This document shows positions 36,821 through 50,047 of a stretch of DNA of 64,000 nt, piece by piece. Within the stretch, counting starts at the first letter, position 1; the number at the start of each line of letters is the position of its first letter. The DNA comes from Octopus bimaculoides. Lineage: Eukaryota. The notes beneath the pieces are model-generated. The model was not told the origin of the DNA, did not search any database, and worked only from the letters and a program-made list of their open reading frames with translations. Both the position numbers and the translations under genes were made by a program. Location: contig NC_068984.1 in assembly GCF_001194135.2 (NCBI RefSeq), positions 23,087,728-23,151,727 of the forward strand, read 5' to 3'.

Positions 36821-39774
36821 AATCCTAAAAGCTAAATAATTTTTTTTTTCTTTTGGTGAAATGGAATGATACAAAGTACAAACTGTTGAATGTGACTGAT
36901 GTCATTAATTCAATGTTGCAAATATTGAATGTTAATGCTTATGGAAAAAAAAATGGAAGACACAAAATCAATAAATGTTAGTGTTTTTGGAAAATATATG
37001 AAAGACACATACAATGAATTATTATAATGAAGGAGTAAATGGAAAATGTCTCACAAACAGCTTAACACTTTTGTGACCATATTTCTTATGAAATATTTGA
37101 ATTGCTTTTGAAAATAATCCGGAATTATTAATTTGGAATTTGAAATTAAAACATGTTCTTGCATATAATTGAGCTTAAATTTAAATAGAAACTCTGTAAA
37201 ATGATTCTGATGAGAGAAGGAAGGGTGGTTTTCAATGGGTTGATATGTAAAATATTTCAAGGGAGAAAATACTTCTGGTAAAACAAAAAAGGATACAATT
37301 GAAAGGTGGATGCAGCAGACAGTTTCAAGAATGGGAAAGAAAACAGCTAGGAATTTCAAGATCACATTCTCAATATTATGTGATTACTTATAATAACAGT
37401 AAAAGAATTAGACAGAAGACATTGCAGAAGGCAAGTTTTGTCAGTAAATTGAATAGTTCTTCTCTTCAGTCGTAATCAAGCATAGGATTCATTAGAGGAG
37501 ATGTTCCATCACAAACATATCTGAGTGATACTCTCTGTAATCATGTTGTTACATCATTTCAGGACTGAAGTTTTGTCCATTCAAAGAAAGTACCAAGTAT
37601 TCACGGTAAAACTAGAAATTGTTGTTAAGTATGTTGAGTTACTAATATTTAGTATGTACTTTTTTTTCATTCAGTTATAAACTATATAAGTTATGTAAAG
37701 TACTAAATAATTCCACCATCTTTTGTAAGTTTTACCTTAATCCTTTACCTAAATTATCTAATTAAAATCACACTGATTAGAATTTTTCACATTTTCCTGT
37801 TTGTGAGCTCATAATCTAACATGATTAATCAAAGAAGTACTTCATTAGCTTTAATCTGGTAAGTAGGAAAGAACCTTACCCTAGTCTAGCTCATTTATAT
37901 TCTTAGTTACCAAGACATATTTATTTATTAGATTCATTTACTGTATTTGCAGTCAATACAAAATAATGTCACTGACAGACACACTACAGCCTCTGAACCA
38001 AAGGCACATTGTTTCCTCTCTCAGCCATTTTCTACTGCTTCTGTAAAGGCCTCAGCTCTTCAGAGCAGGCTGGGTTCATGCCACCTCCATTATCTTGACA
38101 TACATTTGTACTAAAAACAGACAATATCTATGCCTATGTCTTTAAATGTAGTAAAAATTTAAAATGTGCTTCAGTTTATAAAGATTCAGATTTAATTTTT
38201 TTTTAATTTTGAAAAACATTATTTTAAAATTAAAAACAGTTGCCAGATGTCCAAAATGAAAATCAAAAGACTGTAAAAAAAATAATAGAAATAATAAAGT
38301 TAGAGGAATTTAATAAAAAAAAATGCATGCTTAAACAAAAATACTTTGTTCTCCTGAGACAACATGATTAGTGATGTGTGCATCACTGTGCAAATTGAAT
38401 TGTAAAATTGAGTAAAAATGAAAGTACAACATGATTTTCAAAATGAATTGATTTTCTGGAGAAAACAAACAAAACAAAACATGATTATGTGATTTTTACA
38501 ATGTTAAATTTACAGCAAGTGCACTTTTACAGCATACACCAGTAAATTCAAATATAACTTTAAAATCTACTTTTTGTTTCATTTAGGGCATGTGAGCTGT
38601 TACTGTGTAATTTAGACAGGAACTATAATGAATGAGACTAAACAATTCTTTTTCCATATATTATAATACTTAAAAAAATTAGTGCATATTTTTTCTGGAA
38701 TTTCATTGCCCAAAATTAAGGGTATGTATTATATGTATGGGTATATATGGTATGTATTGTATATGGTATGTATTGTATGTAAACTCAAATAAATATGGTA
38801 TTTTTGATTATTGACTTCTCATCAGAATTCAAGAATCTGTTAAGTGAATTGAAGATTTCTTTTAACTAGACATAAAGTAAATTTGTGTGCAGACACAGAT
38901 ATTCCTGATTAGACTGACCACCCCTTCTCAATGCTTAATTTCTGCTTGCTAGATAAAGGATTATAGGAATAGTTAATTCCAACAGGATTTTAATGCAGAA
39001 TATAAAAATTGAATGTGATTGAATAGTTGATGCTATTTAGTCCAGCACAACAATATCTACAGCTCACTGCCCTTGTTAACTAAATCATAGTCAAGCCAAT
39101 GAAGGAGCTTTTGCATACTTGCTCATCCTTCTAGAAATAACAGCAAAATCTCCCTTGAAACACACCCTATCATCCTAAAAGAAGAATACACTGGATTTTT
39201 TAACTTGAGGTACACTATTCCAGAAAAATAATTAGAAAATTAATGGCCATAGCTTGAATGCCCCTGATCCAAGGTCAGCTTGATGAAGGTTGACTTGAGA
39301 CTAAATAACAACAAAAACAGCAACAACAATTAAATGATAGTCATTTCAAATTATAGTTTAAAACCGGGGTTGCCAGATGTCCCTATTTGAGTGGGAATGT
39401 TCTGATGAGGCTAGTAAAATCCTAGCTTTTGTAGACAGCAGAATGTTGGCCTTGCCAACTGATGAAAAGTACTACATTTCTATTGGTGTCAAATCTGAAA
39501 TTTTATATATGTGAAAAATAGCAAATTAGAACTTAATCTTTTAGTTCTATATCTCTGTAGCAACAACAGACTTCAATTATTGGAATTGGCAACATTTTCA
39601 GTTGTTCAGATAATATGATTGCCTGCACTCACATTATCTGGATGGAAAGTATTAGATTACAAGAGAATGATCTAGATTTGAATTACTGCTGACCCTCTCC
39701 TGGCCAACAATCATTATTAAAGGCATTCACAGATGCCACAGTAACATTGCTTACAATTTCATCAATGGAATGGA

Positions 39775-40000
39775 AATCATCATGCTTTATTGTCCATCTT
39801 CCATGTTGGCATAGATTGGACAGTGTGACTGGATTCAACAGGTTCAGGGACAGTACCATGCTCCAGTGTCTGCTTTAGCATAGTTTTTATGGCTGAGTGT
39901 TCCTCCTAATACCAACCACATTACAGAGTGTACTGGTTGCTTTTTTCATGGCACCAAAACTAGTGAGGTCATTATGCAGCTTGCAAGATTAAGATCTCCT
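39775..40000 (-). mobile_element. Diverged RTE tail fragment
   Basis: catcatgctttattgtccatcttccatgttggcatagattggacag...accaaccacattacagagtgtactgg. Confidence 0.6.
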
Positions 40001-40809
40001 TCAATTGATTAGGGAAGCAACTTTATGTGAGGAGATGAGAGAAATGGCCAGAAGAGAGGATTTTTTTTTCTTTTCTGTAGAGGAGTTACATAACAATTCA
40101 CATTATAAAAGAGATAGTGATAGTAAATAGGATGGAACTGAAAAGAGAGATAAAATAGTGGCGAACCCTTATGATATGAGGTGAGTAGAAGTGAATAGGG
40201 ACAGAAGAACTAGGGCATGTAAGGAATTAAATTCTTGCTTTCAAGCTCACACTTTATCCATTCAACTTTTCTGCATTCCATCATTTCCGCAATATTTCTA
40301 ATTTCTACAAAACCCTTCAAAATGAATGATTACAAAATAACATTTGAGAAGAAATAGACAAAAAGAATTATGAATTTTGACTACACACATTTCAATGCAG
40401 TTCCTAAACATCTTTAGTTTAATGAATATAGCTTGGAGAAAAACCAATAAAGCAATTTACTTCTTTCAAAAATATTGGAAGTTGAGTTGTTGATCAAAGA
40501 ACATTAAAAAATAACTTAACACGACTTTCAAACACAAACTGTAAACTGAACAGGGATTTGAAATTATATATATAAGAAAAGAAACTGAGTTAAAAAGTTC
40601 CAGTATTACATTAGAGTGACTGTAACCATGTAGGCTTTATATGTATTAAAATTGTCCAGTAGTAAAATGAAAATTGACATACATACTTTGTGTATATTTT
40701 ATGTTTAAAATACAACTTTGTGTGTTGGTTTGAGATTCTGAAAATCTGACCAACTTTGTTTACAAATTGGTGATCAAATATAAGATCAATATACTTCATC
40801 AAAACAAGT

Positions 40810-41010
40810 GTTTCTAACATAGACACAAGGCTTGAAATTTGGCAAAGAATAGTCATTTACATCAGCCTCAGTACTTAATTGGGAATTCATTTTATCAACC
40901 TAAAAGGAATGAAAAGCAAACTTGTGCTTAGTGAGATTTGAACTTAAAACATAAGGAGCTATAACAAACGCCACAAGGTATTTTGTTCAACACTTTAATG
41001 TTTCAACTAA
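40810..41010 (-). mobile_element. Diverged family A SINE
   Basis: gacacaaggcttgaaattt...ttttatcaacc...gaatgaaaagcaaa...gatttgaactt. Confidence 0.55.
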
Positions 41011-41279
41011 TCACCCACCACCCTGTATTTCATTAAAATTATGAATAATAATAATAAAAAGATACTATAACCGTTATGCCATTATTTTGTCATTCACTAA
41101 ATTATCGATATCATCATCATTGTTTAATGTCTGCTTTCCATGTTGGCATGATATGTGGCTTGAGTCTGATGAACATCTATGTTCATGAGCTGTAGCTTGG
41201 GTCTCTAATATGTGGCTTGAATCTCTCGTGATCATTTGTGTTTCAACACAGATAGGTAGGAAGCAACTACTACAGTCCA

Positions 41280-41505
41280 TCCTTTTGTTACCACATTTCT
41301 GTTGAAATGTACTGCTTTTGTTTCAATTAATTTTTAAAATAATGAAGAATTTATTAGAATAACTTTGTCAGTATTAATCTGGTTTTTGGAACTTAAACTA
41401 ACTAGTAATTTTGATGCAAGGTTTTTTAACTTTGATCACTTTGAAACAAGAAGTTTGCATATAGAACCAGGTGTGTTATCAGGTGGCTTGATATCGAAAG
41501 AGTTA
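41280..41505. mobile_element. Diverged piggyBac-type MITE, related to 51271-51491
   Basis: ccttttgttacc ... gatatcgaaagagttaa; internal similarity to the 51271 copy. Confidence 0.5.
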
Positions 41506-41789
41506 AAGTGGTAGGAAAGGAAATTTCAACTGCTAAGTTCCTAGATTTTTCACTTAGTTCAGTTGTCATTTTGTTTTCCTGTGTCACTTCTACTGATCAA
41601 CATCTCAACAGGAAATCATAACATGAACATTCTTATCACAACAGAAATCTTTTTACAAATTATGCTAACATTATTTTCAGTTTTTCAAAATATTTCCTAG
41701 TTTCCCAAATAATTTGAGATTCACAAAATCCATTGTTATTTGAACAATTTCAGAAATAGTGGAAACAAGATTTGGTGCAGACTTTAAAA

Positions 41790-42250
41790 AATTGTTTCTA
41801 CTATTGACACAAGGCCAGTGACTTTAGTAGGGAGAGGGTCAGTTGATTATAGTAACCTCAGTGCTCAACTGGTACTTTATTTATTGATTCCAAAACAATA
41901 AATGGTGAAGTTGACCTCAGCAGAATTTAAACTTACTGTGTAAAGAACCAGAAGAAATGTCACTAAGCACTTTACTTGCTGTGCTAATGGTTCTGCCAAC
42001 TCACTGTCTTTTTTCTCCAAACATTTATGTGTATATCCTCTTCACAATATTGTTTCTAATTTAGAGACAAGGTCAGAAATTTTGAGAACCAGTTCTCCAC
42101 CCCACTCCCCAGTAACTGTGTACTTCATTTTAATGGCCCTGGAAGAATGAATGGCAAAGTCGACTTCCTTGGTGGGATTTGAACTTGGAACATGAAATGT
42201 CAGGAGAAATATTACAAAGCATTTGTTCTGATGCTCTAACAATTCTGTTG
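41790..42250 (-). mobile_element. Two tandem family A SINE copies
   Basis: ctggtactttatttattga...gttgacctcagcagaattt...ttctgccaac, followed by a second body ending ctctaacaattctg. Confidence 0.6.
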
Positions 42251-42926
42251 CAAATTAACAATTCTTTTGTTGTTGCTGTTGTTTAGCTCAAAGGTTACCC
42301 TTGATCAAGCAAATATTTGATCAAAGGTAAGCTGACCATGACCACCCAACCATTCAGTTTTTGTGTTAGGTGTAGTGTATATAGGACTTCATTATGTAAA
42401 GTTTCCTTCCTTTGTAAGAGGGCAAGTTGTAATATGCAGAAGGATTTGGTTGCTATTTTCAGCAAACTCAGCAACCACATACGGTTATTTTCATAATCCT
42501 TAGATAAAGTCATTATGCTGGAGCAATTTATGAACAAGAGATCAACTTTTCTCTTGCTTCAATACTAAACCTGGAGAAAAACTGTCAGCCTTTATATTAT
42601 TCCTTCACCATAAAGCTATACAGTATATGAACTTGTGTTACTGTTATTGTTATTTAGCTTCTAGTTAGTCTTATCTATCAACAGATCTATCATGAAAGAT
42701 ATATCAATTATGCCCATTCTATTGTTTTTTCAGACATTATAAACTTAATACAGTTTCTTTTAAGATGATGTGTGATTTAAAGGAGATTTAGTTACTATTT
42801 CTAGCAGGTCAAGTGATCATATAGAGACCTCCCCACTAGCTGTTACACCAATAGTGTAAAAGTCATTGATTATCATTTGAATGATGATCTGAAAAATGTC
42901 AAAAGTATTTCCATTAGCAACTAATA

Positions 42927-44434
42927 CACTGAACCGCAAAAGAAACAATTTTTTTCAAATGTCGTTATTATATAGTAAATTCTGAAAATTCATTCCAGGG
43001 ATGTAAGTACAAATATTCCAAGATAGATATGCTAGTTTATGACTGAGACCCAAATTGCAGGAAACCTTTCAACTTTCCCTGAAACAAGACGCCAAAACGC
43101 AGCTGCATTGAATGCCATAGGTGGCAGTCGCAAACAATTGTCATGAAAACCAACATGCACATGCATCTCGTGGAGGTTATGGATATACAAATCAACTTGG
43201 AACCACATTCCTGGCATTCGTAAATTGGACACATCAGATATGACCCGATTGTCAGCAGCACAGGGAGAACAAGCTACTGGCCAATTTGCAAGCAGGGCAG
43301 TGTGCCCTAGTTATTGCGAAAGCTTACAATGTCCATGTCAACACCATCTATTGCCTGCAACAACGATACAACAACATCAACAGCACTGCAGACCATGCCT
43401 ACAGAAGGCACTCCTGAGTGACCATGCCCAAGCAGGACCACTTCATCCACCTGCAACACCTCCATGATTGCTTCAGACCAGCCAGCATGACAGCTCACGA
43501 GACCATTGGCACTGGTCAGCGACCCATCGGCGATGACATAGTATGATGTCAACTGGCTGTCAACAACCTGTGTTGCCATCGTCCTGCTCAAGGGCCTGTC
43601 CTCACTGCCCACCACTGTCAAGCTACACACCACTGATATTGGTGGCATCAACAATAGAGGGAAACAGTCTTCTCTGATGAGAGCTGGTACTGCATTTCAA
43701 CCTCGGATGGCAGAGTGAGGGTGTGGCATAGGAGGGGTGAACGCTAGAGATGCGTGGGGTGGCCAAAGCATCATGGTTTGGGGTGCTATAAGCCTGAATC
43801 AGAGAACTGGGCCCTATGTGTTCCAAAATGTTGGTGTGGGCAGGGGGAATGGCATCACTGCACAGCGCTACATTGACCAGATCCTAAGACCACACATCAT
43901 GCCTTTCTTCGCACGTCACCACAGCCACATGTTCCAGCAGGACAAGGCTCCCTTCCACACAGCCAGGGTCACCATGGACTTCCTGCATCAGCACAACATC
44001 AAAACCATGCTGAGACCGGCTCTCAGCCCGGATTTGAACCCAATTGAATACCTGTGAGATGAAATCCAGAGAAGGTTGAACCAGGTGGTCCCAAAGCTGA
44101 CAACTCATGTGGAATTGGAGGCAGCTTTCCTCAAGGTGTGGTCACAGGTGCCAATGGCTTTTGTAAACCACCTCGTGCACTCCATGTACTGATAGTGTAT
44201 GGCTGTTTTGAACATCCAGAGAGAGCATACACGGTATTGAACATGTCACACCCTTCAATCTCAATGTGCTGGATCTGCCCACTACCAGAACACATGACAA
44301 TGATCCATAGACTGTGGTTAAAGCACATCCAAGAAATTGACTTTATCAGATTTATCAAAATTTATCTCTGGCATAATGAAATTAAAACATATTTCACAGT
44401 CACATATGTCTTGCATTTCTTTTGCAGTTCAGTG
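42927..44434 (+). mobile_element. Full-length inactive Tc1-family element (1508 bp)
   Basis: TA|cactgaaccgcaaaagaaa ... tttcttttgcagttcagtg|TA. Transposase relic from ~43240 with GGQSIMVWGAIS, FQQDKAPFHTARVT and SPDLNPIEYL*DEI (DD34E type). Confidence 0.92.
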
Positions 44435-44682
44435 TATATGAAATCTGATTGGCTATTTGTAATTTATTTAACATGATCATTTGCAGATACATCATATATA
44501 AACATATGTTTATGATGCAGCTTTATAGCATAAAATTCAGCTGAGATGATCAGTCGTAAATTCTGACATTATTGTTAACTGATGCTAATAAATAACAAAG
44601 ATATCATTTTTGTATAATTATTGTGTGCAGACATCCAAAACTATGTCCCAAAATATGGGGAGAAAACTTATGATTGAATTTA

Positions 44683-45118
44683 TCATCATCATCATTTTAG
44701 CATCCACTTTACCATGATCAGATGAATAGGATGGAATATATCGAAGCAGATTTTCTACAGTTAGATGCCTTTCCTATCTCCAGCCCTCACCTATTTTCAA
44801 GCAAGGTAATATTACCCATGGCCAGACATGTTCTTGCAGAATGTGGGAAACGAAGGACACCTCTTATATGACATTGACAGTTATTTTTTACAACTACCAC
44901 ATAATGGTAAGTCAAGGAGACATAAGCATGCACACACACGCACACACACACACACTATAGGCTTTTTTCAGTTTCCACGTACCAAATTCATTTACAAGGC
45001 TTTGGTTAACCTGGGGTTATAGCAAAAGACACCTACTCAAGATGCCACGCAGTGAGACTGAACCCAGAGCCAGGTGGTTGGGAAGCGAAAGTCTTTCCAC
45101 ACAGCTATGCCTGCACCT
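44683..45118 (-). mobile_element. SINE head B + RTE-like tail 2 with internal (CA)n
   Basis: Same modules as 6511-6913. Confidence 0.75.
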
Positions 45119-46084
45119 ATTTCTGAATTTCTCACTAAGGTTTAAAACACCATCAATGATATTAAAAAGAAGTGACCAGTAAAAATGGCAGTGGATCAGG
45201 GTCACCATTCAGAACATTCTATAGTGTCTTAGTGATGTATATGATTAAAGTGCACAATTCGTACCTAATTAGAAACAAGTTATTCTCTGTGCTACCATTT
45301 ATTATTATCGATTTTTCTTATGTTGCTCTAGTGCATCTTCATTTTCTTGTTTCAAGTACAGTCAACAACTCTTCCAGCCACTTATTCAATTAATTAGAGC
45401 TGATGCTTCTTAATAAGACAGACTACTGAATTTTACCTCCTCATATGATAACAACTTTATAAAGAGTGCAAATATATGTATAAATGTAAATTGTTTGTGT
45501 TGAAAATGTTACTAAGTTTGCGGAAGATGTAAGATTGGCCTACTTCTAGAGAAAGTAGCAATTTAACTTAAAATTAGGGTTGTACTACGAAAACCATAAT
45601 GTGATTATTGTTGTTAATGTACTTTTAGTGCTTTTACATTACCAAACTAAAACCATTCAATTTTTAATTTTAAAAAATAGGAACTTGATGACTTACATGC
45701 TGTGTTAGTATATACCTTCTTTCAGTTTATGGTCATCATAAAAATGATATACATACACCATCAGAAGGGCATTGTTATCAAGAACAGTGAACTTATCAAC
45801 CTGAATTGAAAAATTTTAAACCTGGTTGTTGTTCAGTAATCAGAAACATTTCATCAACATTATTCAACATCCACTTTCCATGCTGGCAAAGGCTGGATGG
45901 GTTTATCACATTCTGAGTCAGTTCTTATTCAAAGTTACTGCCCTCCTTAAATATACCAGGAGACCACATCTTGCTCAAGCATTTTATTTTAGCAAACTAT
46001 CATTAGTTGAATGTCCTCCAATTACCAGCGATTTTACTGAGACCTGTTGCAAATGAAAAAAATACCTAAATACAAGTCCTTTAC

Positions 46085-46455
46085 ATACCCAGCTTTTGTG
46101 AGATAATCTATAATTTAAATTTTCAGTGTTGTACTTGTCTCACAACTGATTTGACTTGAGACAATATGTTGATTTGAAATTAAAGTAATTACAACATTGA
46201 AACATTATTTTAGCCAAACAGTTTCTGTATGTTTTTGAATGACGAAAATGCTTTTTCCACAATGTAATTGTTATAACTTAAAGTTTATAACATATCTCTA
46301 TAGATTAGCAAGATTACAATATTGATATAAATGTCAATAATTAACATTAAGTATATGAACAAAATAAAACCTCAACAAGTTAGAAATGAATCTTTTTTTT
46401 TTACTGGCCAAATAAATTCTATTAGGTTAAAGACTTTATCAAACTATCTTTAAAG
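46085..46455 (-). repeat. Old ~370-bp duplication (paralog 47687-48112) containing an exon-like relic
   Basis: Both copies keep ttgctaatct.tag| and TGG|gtatgt on the minus strand; end peptides DKYNTENLNYRLSHKSW / DKYNSENLRCRLSNNSW; multiple stops. Confidence 0.7.
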
Positions 46456-46804
46456 CTTTAAAAAACAATTATTATTTTGTGGCACCAGCACTAGAGAGGT
46501 TGTCATGTTGTCAACAAGACAAGACCAAAAGGTCTGTTCAACCCTTCATTGTTTGCATATGTTTGCCAATCCCTTTATTGAACATACTGGATGTTTTTTT
46601 ATCATTGTAGCAGCATTAGTAGAGCTGCTATGTACACAGCAAAACAAAAAGAAGTCTTCTCTACTCTGTATCTCTCCATTTGTCTGGGGATATCCTTTCA
46701 TAGTTAATCATAGTTAATTCATGCATAACTGAATGAATTAAAATTCATAGCAACACCAACAGTTGGTTGAACGGAATGTTCACTCAATATTTCTAACTAT
46801 AAAA

Positions 46805-47020
46805 AGGCAGCAAGCTAGCAGAATCATGAACATGCCAGGCAAAATGCTTCACAGCATTTCATGTCATTGTGTTCAAATTCTGCTGGGGTTGACTTAGTCT
46901 TTTGTCTTTTCATGGTCAATAAAATAAGTACCGGTTGAGTACCTGGGACAATACAATCAACTTAGCCCCTCCAGCTGAAATTATTGACGTTGTGCCAAAA
47001 TTAGAAACCAATATTTCTAG
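46805..47020 (+). mobile_element. Family A SINE
   Basis: aggcagcaagctagcagaatc...gttcaaattctgctggggttgac...aaaataagtacc...gtgccaaaattagaaacc. Confidence 0.75.
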
Positions 47021-47319
47021 CTATAAATATTTAGTTTCATTGCAGCCCTGTTATGTGGAAGAACTCTGTGAAAGACATATTTTTAAAATTAATGGGGATT
47101 TGACCAGGTTTATGCAATATCAGATTTAATGAAGACACTGGCCTTAACAAAGATGGGGAACAATAGTAAAAGCAGATTGGCTAGTGTTGAGTGCACATCT
47201 CTCACACATGAACTCACTCTTCTGGAAAAAGAAGAAAATATAGATGTTATCTAAAATTCTCAGGCTTAAAACATCCTATCTCTAATGATGCAGGGACAAT
47301 TTGTTTTATTTATTTATTT

Positions 47320-47580
47320 TACATGCTGGTGCCACATAAAAGCACCTATGCCACTACCACATAAAAAGAACAACTATTCCAATGCCATATATAAAGCACC
47401 TGGTGCCATGTAAAAAGCACCCAGTGTACTTAGTAAAGGGGTTGACATTAGGAAGGATATCCGACTGTAGAAACCATGCCAAAAGAACTGGAGCAGCACT
47501 CCAGCTGGCCAGCTCCTGTCAAACCATCCAACCCATGCCAGCATGGAAGATGGACATTAAATGATGATGACGACGATGAT
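47320..47580 (+). mobile_element. RTE tail fragment
   Basis: ggtgccacataaaagcacc repeats...aacccatgccagcatggaagatggacattaaatgatgatg. Confidence 0.75.
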
Positions 47581-48181
47581 TTTTTTAGTAGATTTGTTGG
47601 GTATTTTTTATTGGCTAGGTGTCAAATGTAGAAGTTCCCTCTAGGCTTGTTGTAAACAAACAAAATACTAAGAAATAAGGATTTCACATACCCAGCTATT
47701 GTTAGATAATCTACATCTTAAATTTTCAGAGTTGTATTTGTCTGGTAAGTATTTGAATAGAAACAGTATGTTGAATTGAAACTAGAGGAACTACAGCATG
47801 GAACACTCATTTCAAAGCCAAACATTTTCTGTGTGTTTTTGAATGGCTAAAATGCTTCGTCCATCACATAATTGTTATAACATAAAGTTTATGATGTCTC
47901 TCTAGAGATTAGCAAGATATCTTTACATTATCATTCACATAAATGTCAATAATTTAACATTAAGCTTAGGAACAAAAATAAAATCTCAATGACAGGTTGG
48001 AGATGAATCTTTCTTTTCTTTTTTTGCATTTTTTTGTGTTTTGTTCTTGCCATATAAATTCTGCTGACATTTTATAGTCTTAGGGTTGGAGACATTAGCA
48101 AATTATCTTAAACTCTCTGACCCATCCCATTGTTGTTCATTGACCTGCATACACTGAATTATGGTACAGTGGATAATGTAA

Positions 48182-48575
48182 GTGTGGCTGTGTAGTAAGA
48201 AGCTTTCCAACCACATAGTTTGGGGTTCAGTCCCACTCAGTGGCACCTTGGGTGAGTGTCATCTACTAGGGCTTTGGGCTGATCAAAGCCTTGTGAGTGG
48301 ATTTGGTAGCCGGAAACTGAAAGAAGCCTGCTGCATGTATATATATGTATATAAATATGTGTGTGTGTGTGTTTGTTTTTGTCCCCTACCACAACTTGAC
48401 AACTGGTGTTGGTGTGTTTATGTTCCCATGACCTAGCTGTTCATCAAAAGGAACTAATATAATAAGTACCAGGCTTTAAAAAAAATAAACATTGGGGTTG
48501 ATTCATTTGACTACAAGTTTTCAAGGTGGTGCTTCAGCATGGCTGCAGTCTGATAACTAAAACAAATAAAACACT
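48182..48575 (+). mobile_element. SINE head B + tail 1
   Basis: Complete head, (TA/GT)n centre and tail. Confidence 0.8.
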
Positions 48576-49299
48576 AAAAGAATACTATGTCTGAATAAAT
48601 GATTGGATGGTCATGATTGCAATGCCTTTGATCATTGGACCTCTTGATCAGGGTTGACCTAGGGTTAAACAACAACAATAACAATCAAATAAGAAGGCAA
48701 CACAAAATAAAACCATTAAAGTGGAAAATATAATGATGTGTGATTGGGAAAGCTTCCAAGAAGAAGATATATCATTATAAATAACAAAAACAAAAAATAA
48801 AACAATAAAAAAAATGCTGAAGTTGAAGCTCAAAAACAATAAAAAAAAATGCTGTGAACAGAAATTGTAGAACATTCACACAATAAAGAAGATGTCATAA
48901 GTAGAACAATAGCTGTGTAGTTTGGTTGTATGACTACGAACTAAAAGGGTAAATTTTCTCACCAGTGGTTAGATGTTAATCTTATCTTAGGTAGTTCAGT
49001 TAGTATTTAAAATATTTAATGTAGTGTTCATCAAAAATGTAATTAGAAATACTTATGTGGTGAGAAAAAGATAACATTAGCTAGCTCAATGACTAATATT
49101 TTGATTATTTTAACGAGCAAGGGAGACATGATTGGATATGTTTCAGCTTTATTAGACCTCTTCAGTGGTGAAACATACACTTCACCATATTTGCCAAAGC
49201 AGTGATTATAAAATCATTAAAGAGATGTACAAAACAAACGTGATAAGTATATTGTAAAATAATAAATCACTGAAGTTAATTACTTAGAGAAGCTATCAA

Positions 49300-49625
49300 T
49301 TTAGTTTTAATACCTGCTTTCCCATATTTGCATGGGTAAGATGGAATTTGTTGATGCAGATTCTCTACAACCAGATGCTTTTCCTGTTTCCAAAGACGGT
49401 AATATTCTCTATGATCAGACATTGTTTTCACAGAAGATTGGAAATAAAGGACACTGGTTGCATGAGAGTGGCATTCGTTTATAATTGTCACATGATGTCA
49501 AGGTAAGGAGACAGTAACATATGCGCATGCACACACACGCATATATGTATGTATATATGACAGGCTTCTTTCACAAGACACTTGCCCAAGGTGCCATGTA
49601 GTGGGATTGAACCTGAGACCATGTG
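49300..49625 (-). mobile_element. SINE head B (partial) + tail 2
   Basis: Tail 2 at 49300-49530; head gacacttgcccaaggtgcc...attgaacctgagaccatgtg at 49560-49625. Confidence 0.7.
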
Positions 49626-49656
49626 TAGAAGATAATTACTGAATAAATATTAACAT

Positions 49657-49840
49657 TATACAGGTCTATATTTAAAAGATGACGAATTATGTAAATTTAC
49701 ATTTGATGGATATTTGTCCTCATCTTGTTTGTTATTAATATAACGTTTCAGCTGATATACCCTCTAGCCTTCATCAGGTGTCTTGGGGAAATTTCAAACT
49801 TGGTTTCTCATTCCTAAGGTATTTTTCGATGTTGTTGTTG

Positions 49841-49900
<60 letters not shown>

Positions 49901-50047
49901 TTACTGCCTGGAATCGAACTCGGAATCTTGGGGTTAGTAGCCGCGCTCTTAACCACAACGCCATATGCCCTGATGAAGGCTGGAGGGTATATCAGCCGAA
50001 ACATTGTGTTAACAACAAACAAGATGAGGACAAATATCCGTCAAATG
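49657..50047 (-). mobile_element. tRNA-headed, hammerhead-bearing retroelement with an inverted duplication of its HHR end; 13-bp direct repeat at the ends
   Basis: Minus strand: ggcatatggcgttgtggttaagagc (A box)...gagttcgattcc (B box) at 49969-49897, (AAT)n, body, then HHR GACAC-CTGATGA..GAAAC at 49782-49745. Inverted HHR arm at 49968-50052. taaatattaacat at 49644-49656 and 50048-50060. Confidence 0.8.

Noticed and set aside
37195-37365. ILMREGRVVFNG resembling an ABC-transporter motif
   Set aside because: The frame closes with stops shortly after and there are no exon borders; chance similarity.
39405-39440. CTGATGA-GGCTAG..CTAGC hammerhead-like start
   Set aside because: No GAAA after the stem.
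47730-47744. 15-nt plus-strand microexon (ttttcag|AGTTGTATTTGTCTG|gtaagt)
   Set aside because: The donor is absent in the paralog at 46.1 kb and the block is better explained by the minus-strand relic; such sites arise by chance in AT-rich DNA.
49897-49969. tRNA gene (also SINE heads at 17649, 57300, 7987)
   Set aside because: A/B boxes are present but there is no convincing cloverleaf or acceptor stem, and each continues into a repeat body; treated as tRNA-derived heads.
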